IMG/VR virus record: IMGVR_UViG_3300034073_002585
Span: 64,001 to 128,000 of that record
Strand: one strand, 5' to 3'
From: a virus
Length of the DNA stretch: 64,000 nt
The translations under genes and the position numbers were made by a program. Of this stretch, positions 1 through 7,939 are shown piece after piece (position 1 is the stretch's first letter; each line of letters starts with the position of its first letter). The notes below the pieces were generated by a model. That model was not told the DNA's origin and did not search any database. It was given only the letters and a program-made list of their open reading frames with translations.

Positions 1-263
1 TTCGTATGTTGGTCGTGGTGTCGGACGGAAACTACACGCCGAGCCAGACGGACAGAGCCAAGCAGATTCTCGCAGAGTGCCGACAGAGTGGCGTGGCGGT
101 TCTATGGATTACACCGAGAGGTTGCTACTCGTATGGTGCGAAAGACATTCTCGGAAGTTCGGCGTGGGGAGTTCACTTGGACGACCTAGACACCGCCGAG
201 ATTGCGAGGCTTGTCGGCAAGTCGGCGAGCGAAGCGTTAGCAAAGGTTGGTTCGCAGATGTAG
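1..263 (+). CDS. VWA-domain protein, C-terminal part (5' truncated by window)
   Basis: LVVVSDG motif followed by helix and GVAVLWI strand, typical of a vWA C-terminal half; the frame is open to the window edge. Confidence 0.6.
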   Translation, partial: RMLVVVSDGNYTPSQTDRAKQILAECRQSGVAVLWITPRGCYSYGAKDILGSSAWGVHLDDLDTAEIARLVGKSASEALAKVGSQM

Positions 264-354
264 TCGAGCCACAACGGATTGCCTAACCGAGAGGTTGAGC
301 GAAAGGTGATTACCCCCCTTTATCACTACTAGTTCCCAAACGGATAGGTAATAG

Positions 355-410
355 AAGCCCCCACAGCCAAGTGCTTCCCCCAGTCTTGGTTCGTGGGGGT
401 TTCGTCTTTT
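355..410 (+). terminator. Intrinsic terminator with C-rich loop
   Basis: GCCCCCAC..AGCCAAG / CTTGGTT..GTGGGGGT stem followed by T-rich tail. Confidence 0.7.
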
Positions 411-552
411 GACCCAGACCATTTTTTGACTGAAGGTGTGTATTTATTTTTTGTTACGACTTTTGAAAAAAGACTTGTTTTGTTTGCGAAACCTAGTAGG
501 ATTGGAGTATCCAATCAGGGACGAAATAGAAGTAGTCCCAAAAAGGGGAGAG

Positions 553-891
553 ATGACGAAAGTCACCAAAGCCCAGCCAGTCGGCTCAAAGACTGACACG
601 AAGGTAACTCGTAAGTTCGTTACCAAACTCAACGAGTTCGTTGAGGTTCGTTCTCTACAAAACCTCTACAAGAAGTTGGCTGACGAGGGTCGTGCCGAAA
701 TCTTCAACGAGGTGGGGGAAGCCGAGCAGGTGCTAATCCACAATGGCGTTCGGGTTGCGATTATCAGTAAGGTAACCAAGCCCGACATTGACAAGAAACT
801 TCTCGCCGAGAAGTATCCAGAGGCTTTTGCCGCTTGCTCAATCACTCGTGACGAGTTCCACATCAAGACAGCAACTCCGACCAAGAGATAA
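553..891 (+). CDS. Hypothetical protein, paralog of 8109-8474
   Basis: SD AAAAGGGGAG before ATG 553; IDKKLLAEKYPEAFAAC resembles IDEEKLAKDFPEAYEAC of the paralog. Confidence 0.8.
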   Translation: MTKVTKAQPVGSKTDTKVTRKFVTKLNEFVEVRSLQNLYKKLADEGRAEIFNEVGEAEQVLIHNGVRVAIISKVTKPDIDKKLLAEKYPEAFAACSITRDEFHIKTATPTKR

Positions 892-895
892 CCAG

Positions 896-928
896 AGAGG
901 GGGTTGGGCGAAAGCCCAGCCCCTTTTC
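896..928 (+). terminator. Intrinsic terminator
   Basis: GGGGTTGGGC-GAAA-GCCCAGCCCC-TTTT. Confidence 0.8.
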
Positions 929-1040
929 TCAAAATGCCGTTGTATTTATTTTTTGTATGACTTTTGACTCGCCGAGGCGTGCCGTAGAAAATGTCAGAGG
1001 TTAGTAGTAAATTGGTAGTAACAAGAAAGGGGGTTCTCAA

Positions 1041-1382
1041 ATGAGAGAGCCAGTAGCACTAGACCCAGTAGGCGTGGCAGGACTTAGCCTCACCATGATT
1101 GGAGTTCTCGTTGAGCAGTATGTAAGAGAGGGTTACGCCGACCCAACCATGTATCGGGCATTGAAAGGGGCAGGCGAACTAGCGGAACACCTACGGGAGT
1201 GGGTTATGTCAGAAGCACCAGACGAAACGGAACTGCTTGACGGCGTGACCGACTTACTTATGAACCTAGAACTTACCGCTATGGAGTGTGGCGAGGTCGT
1301 AAACCGAATCATTGACGAACACGGCTTGCCTGTTGATAAAAAGTCGTGGACACGGCTTGACATTGACGGCACGCAGGACTAA
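1041..1382 (+). CDS. Hypothetical protein
   Basis: 113-aa ORF with SD AAAGGGGG. Confidence 0.8.
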   Translation: MREPVALDPVGVAGLSLTMIGVLVEQYVREGYADPTMYRALKGAGELAEHLREWVMSEAPDETELLDGVTDLLMNLELTAMECGEVVNRIIDEHGLPVDKKSWTRLDIDGTQD

Positions 1383-1392
1383 GGTGGTAGGT

Positions 1393-1686
1393 ATGAAGTT
1401 CTATCAAGCACTCGGCGAGGTAATCAGAGAGCAACGGCTTGCCAAAGAGATGACCCTTCGTGATGTAGCCCAGACGGGTTATGTTTCTATGGGACACCTG
1501 TCAGATGTGGAGTGTGGACGGAAAGAGGGTTCTTCCCAGTTCATTCACGCAGTTGCTAACGGCATAGGCATAGAGCCTCACGAACTAATTTTGAAGGCAG
1601 GTTTCAGAATGGCAGACCTGACCATTCCAGATACACCAGAAAAACTTTTATTGGGCGATTCGCAATTCGAGACAGCCAGACTCTAG
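1393..1686 (+). CDS. XRE-family HTH regulator, ClgR-like
   Basis: ALGEVIREQR..TLRDVA...VSMGHLSDVECGRKEGSS follows the actinobacterial ClgR pattern (TLREVS..VSLGYLSEVERGRKEASS). Confidence 0.8.
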   Translation: MKFYQALGEVIREQRLAKEMTLRDVAQTGYVSMGHLSDVECGRKEGSSQFIHAVANGIGIEPHELILKAGFRMADLTIPDTPEKLLLGDSQFETARL

Positions 1687-1702
1687 AAGTCTGAAACCCA
1701 AA

Positions 1703-1733
1703 GACCCTAGCGAGTGGAAACGCTAGGGTTTTT
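1703..1733 (+). terminator. Intrinsic terminator
   Basis: ACCCTAGCG...CGCTAGGGT-TTTT. Confidence 0.8.
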
Positions 1734-1873
1734 GCATTTCCAAATTTTCTTGTTTGGCGTGTATTTATTTTTTGTTTGGCTTCCAATCGCTTTTGATGAA
1801 AATGTCTGCCAATCCTGATAGAGTTTTCTTGTTGGGAGTTCCAAGTGTGAACTACAACAGAAAGGGGTAGCAG

Positions 1874-2221
1874 ATGAGCAAGTCTGCTTTTTTGATTCGA
1901 GAGGATTTTTCTTTCGAGCGTTTGGAGTTAGAGGGCAACACCTTGAAGGTGTTACAGAGTGCCGTTGATGGCTTGATTCAACCTGTTGATTTGAGCGACA
2001 GCCTGACTGTCTGGGTAAATGAAGAGGGGCTATTCAGAAATGATTTTGATGTGAACCTTTTTGCTACTGCTATTTATCACCAAGCATTTCCGACTGCGGA
2101 TAACCCACTTGTAGGCCCTGCCGTCTTTACAGGTGGTTCTGATGATGAGGGCAACACCCTCGGATTGAGCGAGCAGATGATTGCCAACCTAGCGACATGG
2201 GCTCTGGCTCTCGCCAAGTAA
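1874..2221 (+). CDS. DUF3846-like protein
   Basis: LQSAVDGLIQPV..VWVNEEG..N..AT..LVGPAVFTG..DEG.T.GL pattern. Confidence 0.7.
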   Translation: MSKSAFLIREDFSFERLELEGNTLKVLQSAVDGLIQPVDLSDSLTVWVNEEGLFRNDFDVNLFATAIYHQAFPTADNPLVGPAVFTGGSDDEGNTLGLSEQMIANLATWALALAK

Positions 2222-2235
2222 CACAGAGGTAAGAC

Positions 2236-2266
2236 TGCCCCCGCTTCGGCGGGGGTTTTCTTTTTT
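2236..2266 (+). terminator. Intrinsic terminator
   Basis: GCCCCCGC-TTCG-GCGGGGGT-TTTCTTTTTT. Confidence 0.85.
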
Positions 2267-2389
2267 CCGTTTTTTGTGCGGGTAGCGTGTATTTATTTTT
2301 TGTATGAAGTTTTTATGAAATGCCGACAATAAACTTGATAATGTCAGAGTGCCGTGCTTTACTAGAGGTATCCAAGAAAAGGAGAGGGA

Positions 2390-2632
2390 ATGTTCAGTAA
2401 CTATCCAGAGGGTTCAATGCGAGGCTCGGGTATCTATTCGGTTGAGGTGTCTTATGACGCTTTCGATTGCGAGAACGAGGAGTGCGGACAGCACAACGAG
2501 GCTGGCGATACTGCGACTGATGACTGGGGACACTACACGATTGAGTGCGAGTTCTGCGGAGTGACCTACACAGAGAGCAGTCTGGCACAGGACAAAGATG
2601 ATTACTACGCCGACTATTCCGAGGACAGGTAG
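2390..2632 (+). CDS. Acidic Zn-ribbon-like hypothetical protein
   Basis: SD AAGGAGAGG; CENEEC...CEFC. Confidence 0.75.
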   Translation: MFSNYPEGSMRGSGIYSVEVSYDAFDCENEECGQHNEAGDTATDDWGHYTIECEFCGVTYTESSLAQDKDDYYADYSEDR

Positions 2633-2640
2633 GGGCTAAA

Positions 2641-2781
2641 ATGGCAACGCAATACGAATACGAATGTCGCTCTTGTGGAAGTGCGGTTTGGCTAGACCAA
2701 GAACAGCACGACCACTACGAGAGCAACAAAGAAAAGGGAAGCGGGTTCACAATGCCAAAGTGCGCCGACTGCTGGAAATAG
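2641..2781 (+). CDS. 46-aa Zn-ribbon protein (not in ORF track)
   Basis: MATQYEYECRSCG...PKCADCWK*; SD AGGTAGGGG upstream; fills the gap between neighbours. Confidence 0.7.
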   Translation: MATQYEYECRSCGSAVWLDQEQHDHYESNKEKGSGFTMPKCADCWK

Positions 2782-2792
2782 GGAGAGGAAAA

Positions 2793-2993
2793 ATGACAAC
2801 AACGACCCGCTACTGCTGGAACTGCGAGGAAGAACTAAACGCCGAGAACACAGGTTCTTATGGTGGGTTCGATTCAAGCAACCACTACTATTCAAGTATC
2901 TATGGCGGAGATGGCGACACAGCGCCGTTCACAAAGTGCGACTCTTGTTTTGATGCCGACAACGACAGATATCTAGAGAGCCTTTACGAGTAG
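2793..2993 (+). CDS. 66-aa Zn-ribbon protein
   Basis: SD GGGAGAGGA; CWNC...CDSC. Confidence 0.7.
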   Translation: MTTTTRYCWNCEEELNAENTGSYGGFDSSNHYYSSIYGGDGDTAPFTKCDSCFDADNDRYLESLYE

Positions 2994-3137
2994 GCAATAC
3001 CAAAGATTTACTGCCCAATAATTCTGTGCGGGACACAGAGTTGGGCAGTTTTTTATTGCCGATTTTTGGCGACTATTTTTTGTTCTTCGAGTGTATTTAT
3101 TTTTTGTTCCAGGCTGCCGAAACTTTTTACTAATGAT

Positions 3138-3166
3138 TTGACTTCGCCGACCAAACCTAGTATCTT
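3138..3166 (+). promoter_or_regulatory. sigmaA-type promoter
   Basis: TTGACT-17 bp-TATCTT, about 30 bp after the box at 3092. Confidence 0.6.
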
Positions 3167-3206
3167 TGTAAGTGTCAGAAAGACACAGAGTGAAAGGAAT
3201 CCAGAA

Positions 3207-3476
3207 ATGGAAACGACAAAAGAAGTAATCAAGGCTAGACTCATGGAGATTGAGGAGCGCCAAAAAGAACTGGCACAGAGTCGCCGAGAGATGGCACTAG
3301 ACATGGCTGTTGAAGTTGGGACAGACGAGCTAGTTGGTATCAACCTTGACTCACTATCAAAGTGGGCAAGAAGAATTAGGAAAGTCAATACAGAGATGAA
3401 AGTTTTGGCAGACGAGCGCCGTTGGTTGAGAGAGAGCAGACGCCGACTCAACCCTTGCGAGTGCGACTGCCACTAA
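3207..3476 (+). CDS. Coiled-coil hypothetical protein
   Basis: SD GAAAGGA, ATG 3207; heptad-like charged sequence. Confidence 0.75.
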   Translation: METTKEVIKARLMEIEERQKELAQSRREMALDMAVEVGTDELVGINLDSLSKWARRIRKVNTEMKVLADERRWLRESRRRLNPCECDCH

Positions 3477-3490
3477 GGTTAGTCCCCCCT

Positions 3491-3534
3491 AACCCCCGCC
3501 CCCGTCAGAGAAATCTGGCGGGGGTTTTCTTTTT
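3491..3534 (+). terminator. Intrinsic terminator
   Basis: CCCCCGTCAGA-GAAA-TCTGGCGGGGG-TTTTCTTTTT. Confidence 0.85.
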
Positions 3535-3672
3535 GTCGTTCGTTGAATTTTTCATTGAGAGCTGTACAAAAAATAAATACAAGTAGGTAGCACAATAATT
3601 TTTGCTGCCGTGTTTCTTTTGTTTTTCTTCTTTTTACTGCTATACTTGATGTAATCAAGAAAGGGGGACACA

Positions 3673-3972
3673 ATGTCCACAAGCACCACCACCGCCCGCA
3701 ACGAGTTTCTTTCCGCCGTATGCGAGCCACTACGCACCATCACTAGCGAGAACCTCACCAAGAGCGCATGGGTAGCTGGAGTTGAAATCATTGCTCTGGC
3801 AAATCGCCTTGCCGACCTTGAGGTTTCCGTAGAGCTTCTAGAGAACGAAATCAAGCTAGGCAACCTCCACTTCGCCGTTGATGGTCACAACTGGAGCGAC
3901 TACGCAAAGGTTTACAACAACAACTTTGTGGAACTGTGCCAGTTGCTACGAGCAAGAAGGCTTGCTAAGTAG
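3673..3972 (+). CDS. Hypothetical protein
   Basis: SD AAAGGGGG; extended -10 TGCTATACT upstream. Confidence 0.75.
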   Translation: MSTSTTTARNEFLSAVCEPLRTITSENLTKSAWVAGVEIIALANRLADLEVSVELLENEIKLGNLHFAVDGHNWSDYAKVYNNNFVELCQLLRARRLAK

Positions 3973-3987
3973 TATCCAAAACACCAA

Positions 3988-4017
3988 GCCCCCTGTTTCG
4001 GCAGGGGGTTTCTTTTT
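3988..4017 (+). terminator. Intrinsic terminator
   Basis: GCCCCCTG-TTTCGG-CAGGGGGT-TTCTTTT. Confidence 0.8.
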
Positions 4018-4151
4018 GCCGTGACGAGAAAGTCTCCCTCTTTCTGTGTGTATTTATTTTTTGTCCAGGACTTCAACATGCCGACAACTTTTTGTCAAAA
4101 TGTCTCTTATGGGTGCTATGCTCTAAGTAACCAAAGAAAGGGGACAACCAA

Positions 4152-4328
4152 ATGGTTGGAGTAGGGCAGCTACTAAGTAGCTTGAATTTGAATGTGATTG
4201 CGAGCGCCGTAGAAGGCGAGACAACAGTTCCTTGGACTCTTTTGTTAGAAGATGAGGAATTCCTAAAGATAGCAAAATACGCCAACACCTTACAAGAGGT
4301 TGTTGACTGGGTAAACGAGAACTACTAG
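4152..4328 (+). CDS. 58-aa hypothetical protein (not in ORF track)
   Basis: SD AAAGGGGA then MVGVGQLLSSL...DWVNENY*. Confidence 0.7.
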   Translation: MVGVGQLLSSLNLNVIASAVEGETTVPWTLLLEDEEFLKIAKYANTLQEVVDWVNENY

Positions 4329-4335
4329 GGGGTGA

Positions 4336-4539
4336 ATGATGAGCGTAAAGTATCCAGAGATTGAAGTTCAACTTTCGGGAAATGATGGAAATGCTTATGC
4401 GATTATGGGGGCGATACAGAAAGCCCTACGCCGAGCAGAGGTTCCACAACACGAAATTGAGCAATACCTAAACCAATCCATGAGCGGAGACTATGACAAC
4501 CTTTTGCGGGTTGCCATGAATTGGGTGACAGTTCACTAA
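4336..4539 (+). CDS. Conserved small phage protein (GNAYAIMG...SGDYDNLL family)
   Basis: L.G.DGNA..I.G....AL...SGDYD.LL motif familiar from phage/plasmid small proteins; function unknown. Confidence 0.75.
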   Translation: MMSVKYPEIEVQLSGNDGNAYAIMGAIQKALRRAEVPQHEIEQYLNQSMSGDYDNLLRVAMNWVTVH

Positions 4540-4552
4540 TCAAACCAAAGAC

Positions 4553-4586
4553 AAACCCTCGCAAAGTTGCGGGGGTTTTTCTTTTT
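4553..4586 (+). terminator. Intrinsic terminator
   Basis: AAACCCTCGCAA..TTGCGGGGGTTT-TTCTTTTT. Confidence 0.8.
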
Positions 4587-4704
4587 CCCGTGATAATTTC
4601 GGCGCTCGCCGTATGTATTTATTTTTTGTCTAGCTCATCAGCAACAGATTTGCGGTTTATGTGTGTGCCGTGTTAGGGTATGAGTATCAAGAAAGGAGTT
4701 CCCT

Positions 4705-5091
4705 ATGGGAGCAAGAACAGTTTGGGAGATTCGGACTTATTCCGACAGGCCCTCTATTTATCTATACAGCCACTGGGGTGGCGACACTAAGTGGATTGAC
4801 ACAGTTCAAGCCTTAGAGCAAGCTAGATTCCGCTGGGATGACCCGAGTTATGGAGCAAGGATTTTCATTAGCCAGATTGTTGGAAGCCAATGGGACCTAG
4901 AAACAGGATTCGGTATCACTGCTGGAGATTCTGGAGAAGTTCCATTCGAGGAGAGCTATTTCAATGCGGTAATAGATTTCTCATCAAAGACAGTGACCCT
5001 AGGAGAGCACCTATACACTTTCGAGGAGTTTGTGTCCGCCGATGACATTACTGAACAGCTTGGCAATGAGTTCTGGGAGGTTAGCGCCTAA
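4705..5091 (+). CDS. Hypothetical protein (IYLYSHWGG motif)
   Basis: SD AAGGAG; MGxR...YxHWxG N-terminal motif. Confidence 0.75.
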   Translation: MGARTVWEIRTYSDRPSIYLYSHWGGDTKWIDTVQALEQARFRWDDPSYGARIFISQIVGSQWDLETGFGITAGDSGEVPFEESYFNAVIDFSSKTVTLGEHLYTFEEFVSADDITEQLGNEFWEVSA

Positions 5092-5375
5092 TGGGTAATC
5101 TACAAGCTCAAGAAATGGCGGCGCTCACTGACCTTGACATAGCGCTAACTTGGCACCTGCGGTCGAACCACTATCCACCCGTGCCGTTGACAATGCTTGA
5201 ACCATGTAAACAAGCGATTGACGCTTACTGGGAAGATGACCTAGATAGGCAGATTGACTTGAATGGAAGTTTCTACAGGGGCGAACCTTTTGCCCCTGCT
5301 AGAGAGATTATTATCGCTCATCACCTAGACGCTTGGTGTGAGGGCGAGGAAGAGGAGTTCGACGATGCCGATTAA
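5091..5375 (+). CDS. Hypothetical protein (WHLRSNHYPPVP motif)
   Basis: Translationally coupled (TAATG) 94-aa ORF. Confidence 0.75.
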   Translation: MGNLQAQEMAALTDLDIALTWHLRSNHYPPVPLTMLEPCKQAIDAYWEDDLDRQIDLNGSFYRGEPFAPAREIIIAHHLDAWCEGEEEEFDDAD

Positions 5376-5763
5376 GGATAAGGAGAAATACAATGCTTAC
5401 ATGCGGGAATACAACAACAGAACCTATGCCCTTAGGTGTGACAAGTTCCGAGCCCAATTAGGCAACAAGTGCACAAAGTGCGAGAGCACAGATAGCCTAA
5501 ATTTCAGTGGCACCACCCCGCTAGGTAAGTCTTTTGATTTGTCGCGCCGAATGACTAGTGCACCAATGAAAGACTTGCAAGAGCTTTTTGACAACAGCAA
5601 CTACACGCTATTGTGCAACAAGTGCCTAGCAAAGCAAACCAAAGGCGTAGAGCATGGAGGAGGTATTTCTGGCGTGCGGAATTGTAAGTGCGATTTGTGT
5701 AAAGCTAAGAAAGCCGAATACATGCGGAGCTACATGAAGAAGAAACGAGCTACAATAGACTAG
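5365..5763 (+). CDS. HNH-like Zn-binding protein, probably catalytically degenerate
   Basis: LGNKCTKC...LLCNKC...HG..SG..NCKCDLC layout of actinophage HNH proteins. Confidence 0.65.
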   Translation: MPIKDKEKYNAYMREYNNRTYALRCDKFRAQLGNKCTKCESTDSLNFSGTTPLGKSFDLSRRMTSAPMKDLQELFDNSNYTLLCNKCLAKQTKGVEHGGGISGVRNCKCDLCKAKKAEYMRSYMKKKRATID

Positions 5764-5786
5764 CCAAAGCAATGTCGCTTGGCTAT

Positions 5787-5870
5787 TGCTAGAGATTTTG
5801 TCCCCCCTTTCTCTCTAGCATGCGGGTTACAACTTTCCCCCCTTTAGTTGTAACCCGCTTTTTCTTTTTT
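5787..5870 (+). ncRNA. 6C-RNA-like tandem hairpins with C6 loops; the second hairpin doubles as terminator
   Basis: TGCTAGAGA[TTTTGTCCCCCCTTTC]TCTCTAGCA then GCGGGTTACAACT[TTCCCCCCTTT]AGTTGTAACCCGC + T tract. Confidence 0.5.
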
Positions 5871-5944
5871 GTCGCCTGCTTTTTCTCTTCCGTTGAGTGT
5901 ATTTATTTTTTGTTCAACTTTAGCCACGCCGTCAAATAAAGTGC

Positions 5945-5972
5945 TTGACTAATTTGACAGGACTGGTAGGCT
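5945..5972 (+). promoter_or_regulatory. sigmaA-type promoter
   Basis: TTGACT-16 bp-TAGGCT; the following TATTACATCAGCCAA is shared with the promoter at 7422. Confidence 0.65.
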
Positions 5973-6014
5973 TATTACATCAGCCAAAAGGTTGGTAAAA
6001 GGAAAGGGGACAAA

Positions 6015-6230
6015 ATGTTCACACTAAGAAGGTTCGCAGGTGCAGTAATCACCATGCCAATCGTGTTCGGTATCTATGCGGTTATCTACTTTGGTCTAGG
6101 TCTAGTAGCAAACAGCTACATGAGTATTGGACTATTCACCCAAAACCTATACGCCGTTGGATTCGGCTGGGTGATTGCGGTTACATTCGCTAAGCAGTTC
6201 TTCAACCTAATCGAAAAGCTAGGAGAGTAA
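6015..6230 (+). CDS. Small membrane protein (2 TM)
   Basis: Two hydrophobic segments; SD AAAGGGGA. Confidence 0.75.
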   Translation: MFTLRRFAGAVITMPIVFGIYAVIYFGLGLVANSYMSIGLFTQNLYAVGFGWVIAVTFAKQFFNLIEKLGE

Positions 6231-6232
6231 TA

Positions 6233-6385
6233 ATGGAAAACATCATTGAAGCAGTGCTACTAATCGGAGTAGCGTTCATTCCAGTAGGAGCGTTCTTGCT
6301 AGGGTTCGTAGTCGCCAAGATTTCTAATGGTGGTGGTAACCCGAAGGGTCGTCACGCCAAAGGTCGTGGCAGACACGCCAAGTAA
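6233..6385 (+). CDS. 50-aa membrane protein with basic GRHAK-repeat tail (not in ORF track)
   Basis: SD AGGAG; MENIIEAVLLIGVAF...GRHAKGRGRHAK*. Confidence 0.7.
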   Translation: MENIIEAVLLIGVAFIPVGAFLLGFVVAKISNGGGNPKGRHAKGRGRHAK

Positions 6386-6394
6386 GTTCCACCG

Positions 6395-6430
6395 AAGCCC
6401 CTCGCAGAAATGTGGGGGGTTTCTTTTTTT
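6395..6430 (+). terminator. Intrinsic terminator
   Basis: AAGCCCCTCGCA-GAAA-TGTGGGGGGTTT-CTTTTTTT. Confidence 0.8.
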
Positions 6431-6566
6431 GCGGGCAGCCTCTTATTTTTTTGTTTTTAGGTTGTATTTATTTTTTGTCTAACTTCAGACACACCTGCCG
6501 ACTTGATTTGCGATTACGGGTAGGAGGCTCTAAGCTATTACTAAGAACAAACAGGGAGGGGCAGAA

Positions 6567-6815
6567 ATGCTAAACAGACCAGACCAAGAGGCAGAGCTAA
6601 TCTTCGCTATGGTGATGAAGCTAGGCGGAGAGCACAACTACTCAGAGCACACCAAGGCTACGATTTGGGCAGAGTGTAATCGTAACCCTAAGCTACGCAA
6701 CCTAGCGTTGCAGTATCTAGCTGGGTCAAGCAACAGGGCAGACCTAAACCTGCACCGACTACACACCGAAATTGTGGAAGTATTCTTCCCTGAAGTAAAG
6801 GAGTTGATTGGCTAA
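6567..6815 (+). CDS. Hypothetical protein
   Basis: SD GGGAGGGG; promoter TTGCGA-17-TAAGCT at 6508-6536. Confidence 0.75.
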   Translation: MLNRPDQEAELIFAMVMKLGGEHNYSEHTKATIWAECNRNPKLRNLALQYLAGSSNRADLNLHRLHTEIVEVFFPEVKELIG

Positions 6816-6961
6816 TGGCTATCACGATTACAGAACTTACGACTTGCTACCAATGCGAGCGACCAATTATGGCACCGAAAGATTCAGTTCACCCGCTATG
6901 CGAAATTTGTGACCAGGGTTTTGACGAGTGGTTCACTAAGCAGTTAGGTATGTTCAAGTGA
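6815..6961 (+). CDS. 48-aa Zn-ribbon protein (not in ORF track)
   Basis: Coupled TAATG start; CYQC...CEIC; ends in GTGA overlap with next gene. Confidence 0.7.
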   Translation: MAITITELTTCYQCERPIMAPKDSVHPLCEICDQGFDEWFTKQLGMFK

Positions 6962-7272
6962 TTGAGTTTGAGCAGAAGTATTCAACGCCGAGAGCACAAA
7001 GGCAGTATGAGCTTGAAACTCTAATCAAGCACTATGAAGTTGAGCGTGCCGAGAACATTAGGCGACTATTGTTTTCGATTGGAGTTGGTTTTGCTTATGT
7101 TCTACTTATGGGAGGAGTTATAGGTTATGGAACTTTTGCTGGAGGCTATGCCGTATTAGGTTGGCTGTCAGTAATTACAGTTGGGCTATTCATAGCTGGC
7201 GAGTTTGTGAAAGTCAATGCCGAGCTTAGTCGCCCAAACCTCAACCACCCAGAAAGATTTATACAGAGTTAG
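6958..7272 (+). CDS. Membrane protein (2 TM)
   Basis: Two hydrophobic helices. Confidence 0.7.
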   Translation: MIEFEQKYSTPRAQRQYELETLIKHYEVERAENIRRLLFSIGVGFAYVLLMGGVIGYGTFAGGYAVLGWLSVITVGLFIAGEFVKVNAELSRPNLNHPERFIQS

Positions 7273-7294
7273 TCCCCCCTAACACCCCCCCACG

Positions 7295-7338
7295 CCCCCG
7301 CTAGGTTTCTGAACCTTTCCTAGCGGGGGTTTTCTTTT
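7295..7338 (+). terminator. Intrinsic terminator
   Basis: GCCCCCGCTAGG...CCTAGCGGGGGT-TTTCTTTT. Confidence 0.85.
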
Positions 7339-7421
7339 ACCTCGAAAGCACCTCGAATTTTTTTGCGGGAGGGTGTATTTATTTTTTGTCTAGTTGTTGC
7401 CGACACGATTGGTAAAAGGAT

Positions 7422-7449
7422 TTGACAAATCTAAATAAGGTGCTAGGCT
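7422..7449 (+). promoter_or_regulatory. sigmaA-type promoter with extended -10
   Basis: TTGACA-16 bp (ending TGC)-TAGGCT. Confidence 0.7.
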
Positions 7450-7494
7450 TATTACATCAGCCAAGGTGGTTGATACAAAGAAAAGGGGTAAAAA

Positions 7495-7791
7495 GTGAAC
7501 AGCAGGACTTACGAGAACATTCAGGGGATTGGAAGCTGGGTAGCTTTCCTAGCTACTGGAGTGGCTTTCCCATTCAGCTTGGAGTATGCGGGATTGATTG
7601 ACGCAATGAGCGCAGACCTATACACCGAGGGTAGGGCGATGATGTTCCTAATCATTGTGGTCAGCATTTCAATTCTGGCAGTAACCCTAGCGGTCAAGGC
7701 TGGACTATCTTGGGCAGAATACAAGTGGTATTACCGCCAAGACCTAGCACAGAAGCTACACCGCCTAGCAGACAGGATTGCCAAGCGATGA
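7495..7791 (+). CDS. Membrane protein
   Basis: SD AAAAGGGG, GTG start, 2 hydrophobic segments. Confidence 0.7.
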   Translation: MNSRTYENIQGIGSWVAFLATGVAFPFSLEYAGLIDAMSADLYTEGRAMMFLIIVVSISILAVTLAVKAGLSWAEYKWYYRQDLAQKLHRLADRIAKR

Positions 7792-7898
7792 AGCAACTAG
7801 CCAAGAGGGTTGAACCCTTGGTGCTGGAAGTTCTGGCAGTTGTCGTCTTGCCGAGGATTGCTGGAGCAGTAGCCAAGAGGTTAGCCAAAACTAAATAA
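7788..7898 (+). CDS. 36-aa hypothetical peptide
   Basis: ATGA overlap with previous gene; ends just before terminator. Confidence 0.5.
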   Translation: MKQLAKRVEPLVLEVLAVVVLPRIAGAVAKRLAKTK

Positions 7899-7907
7899 GA
7901 AGTGAGG

Positions 7908-7939
7908 AAGCCCCCGCCAAGTGCGGGGGTTTTTCTTTT
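7908..7939 (+). terminator. Intrinsic terminator
   Basis: AAGCCCCCGC-CAAGT-GCGGGGGTTT-TTCTTTT. Confidence 0.8.
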
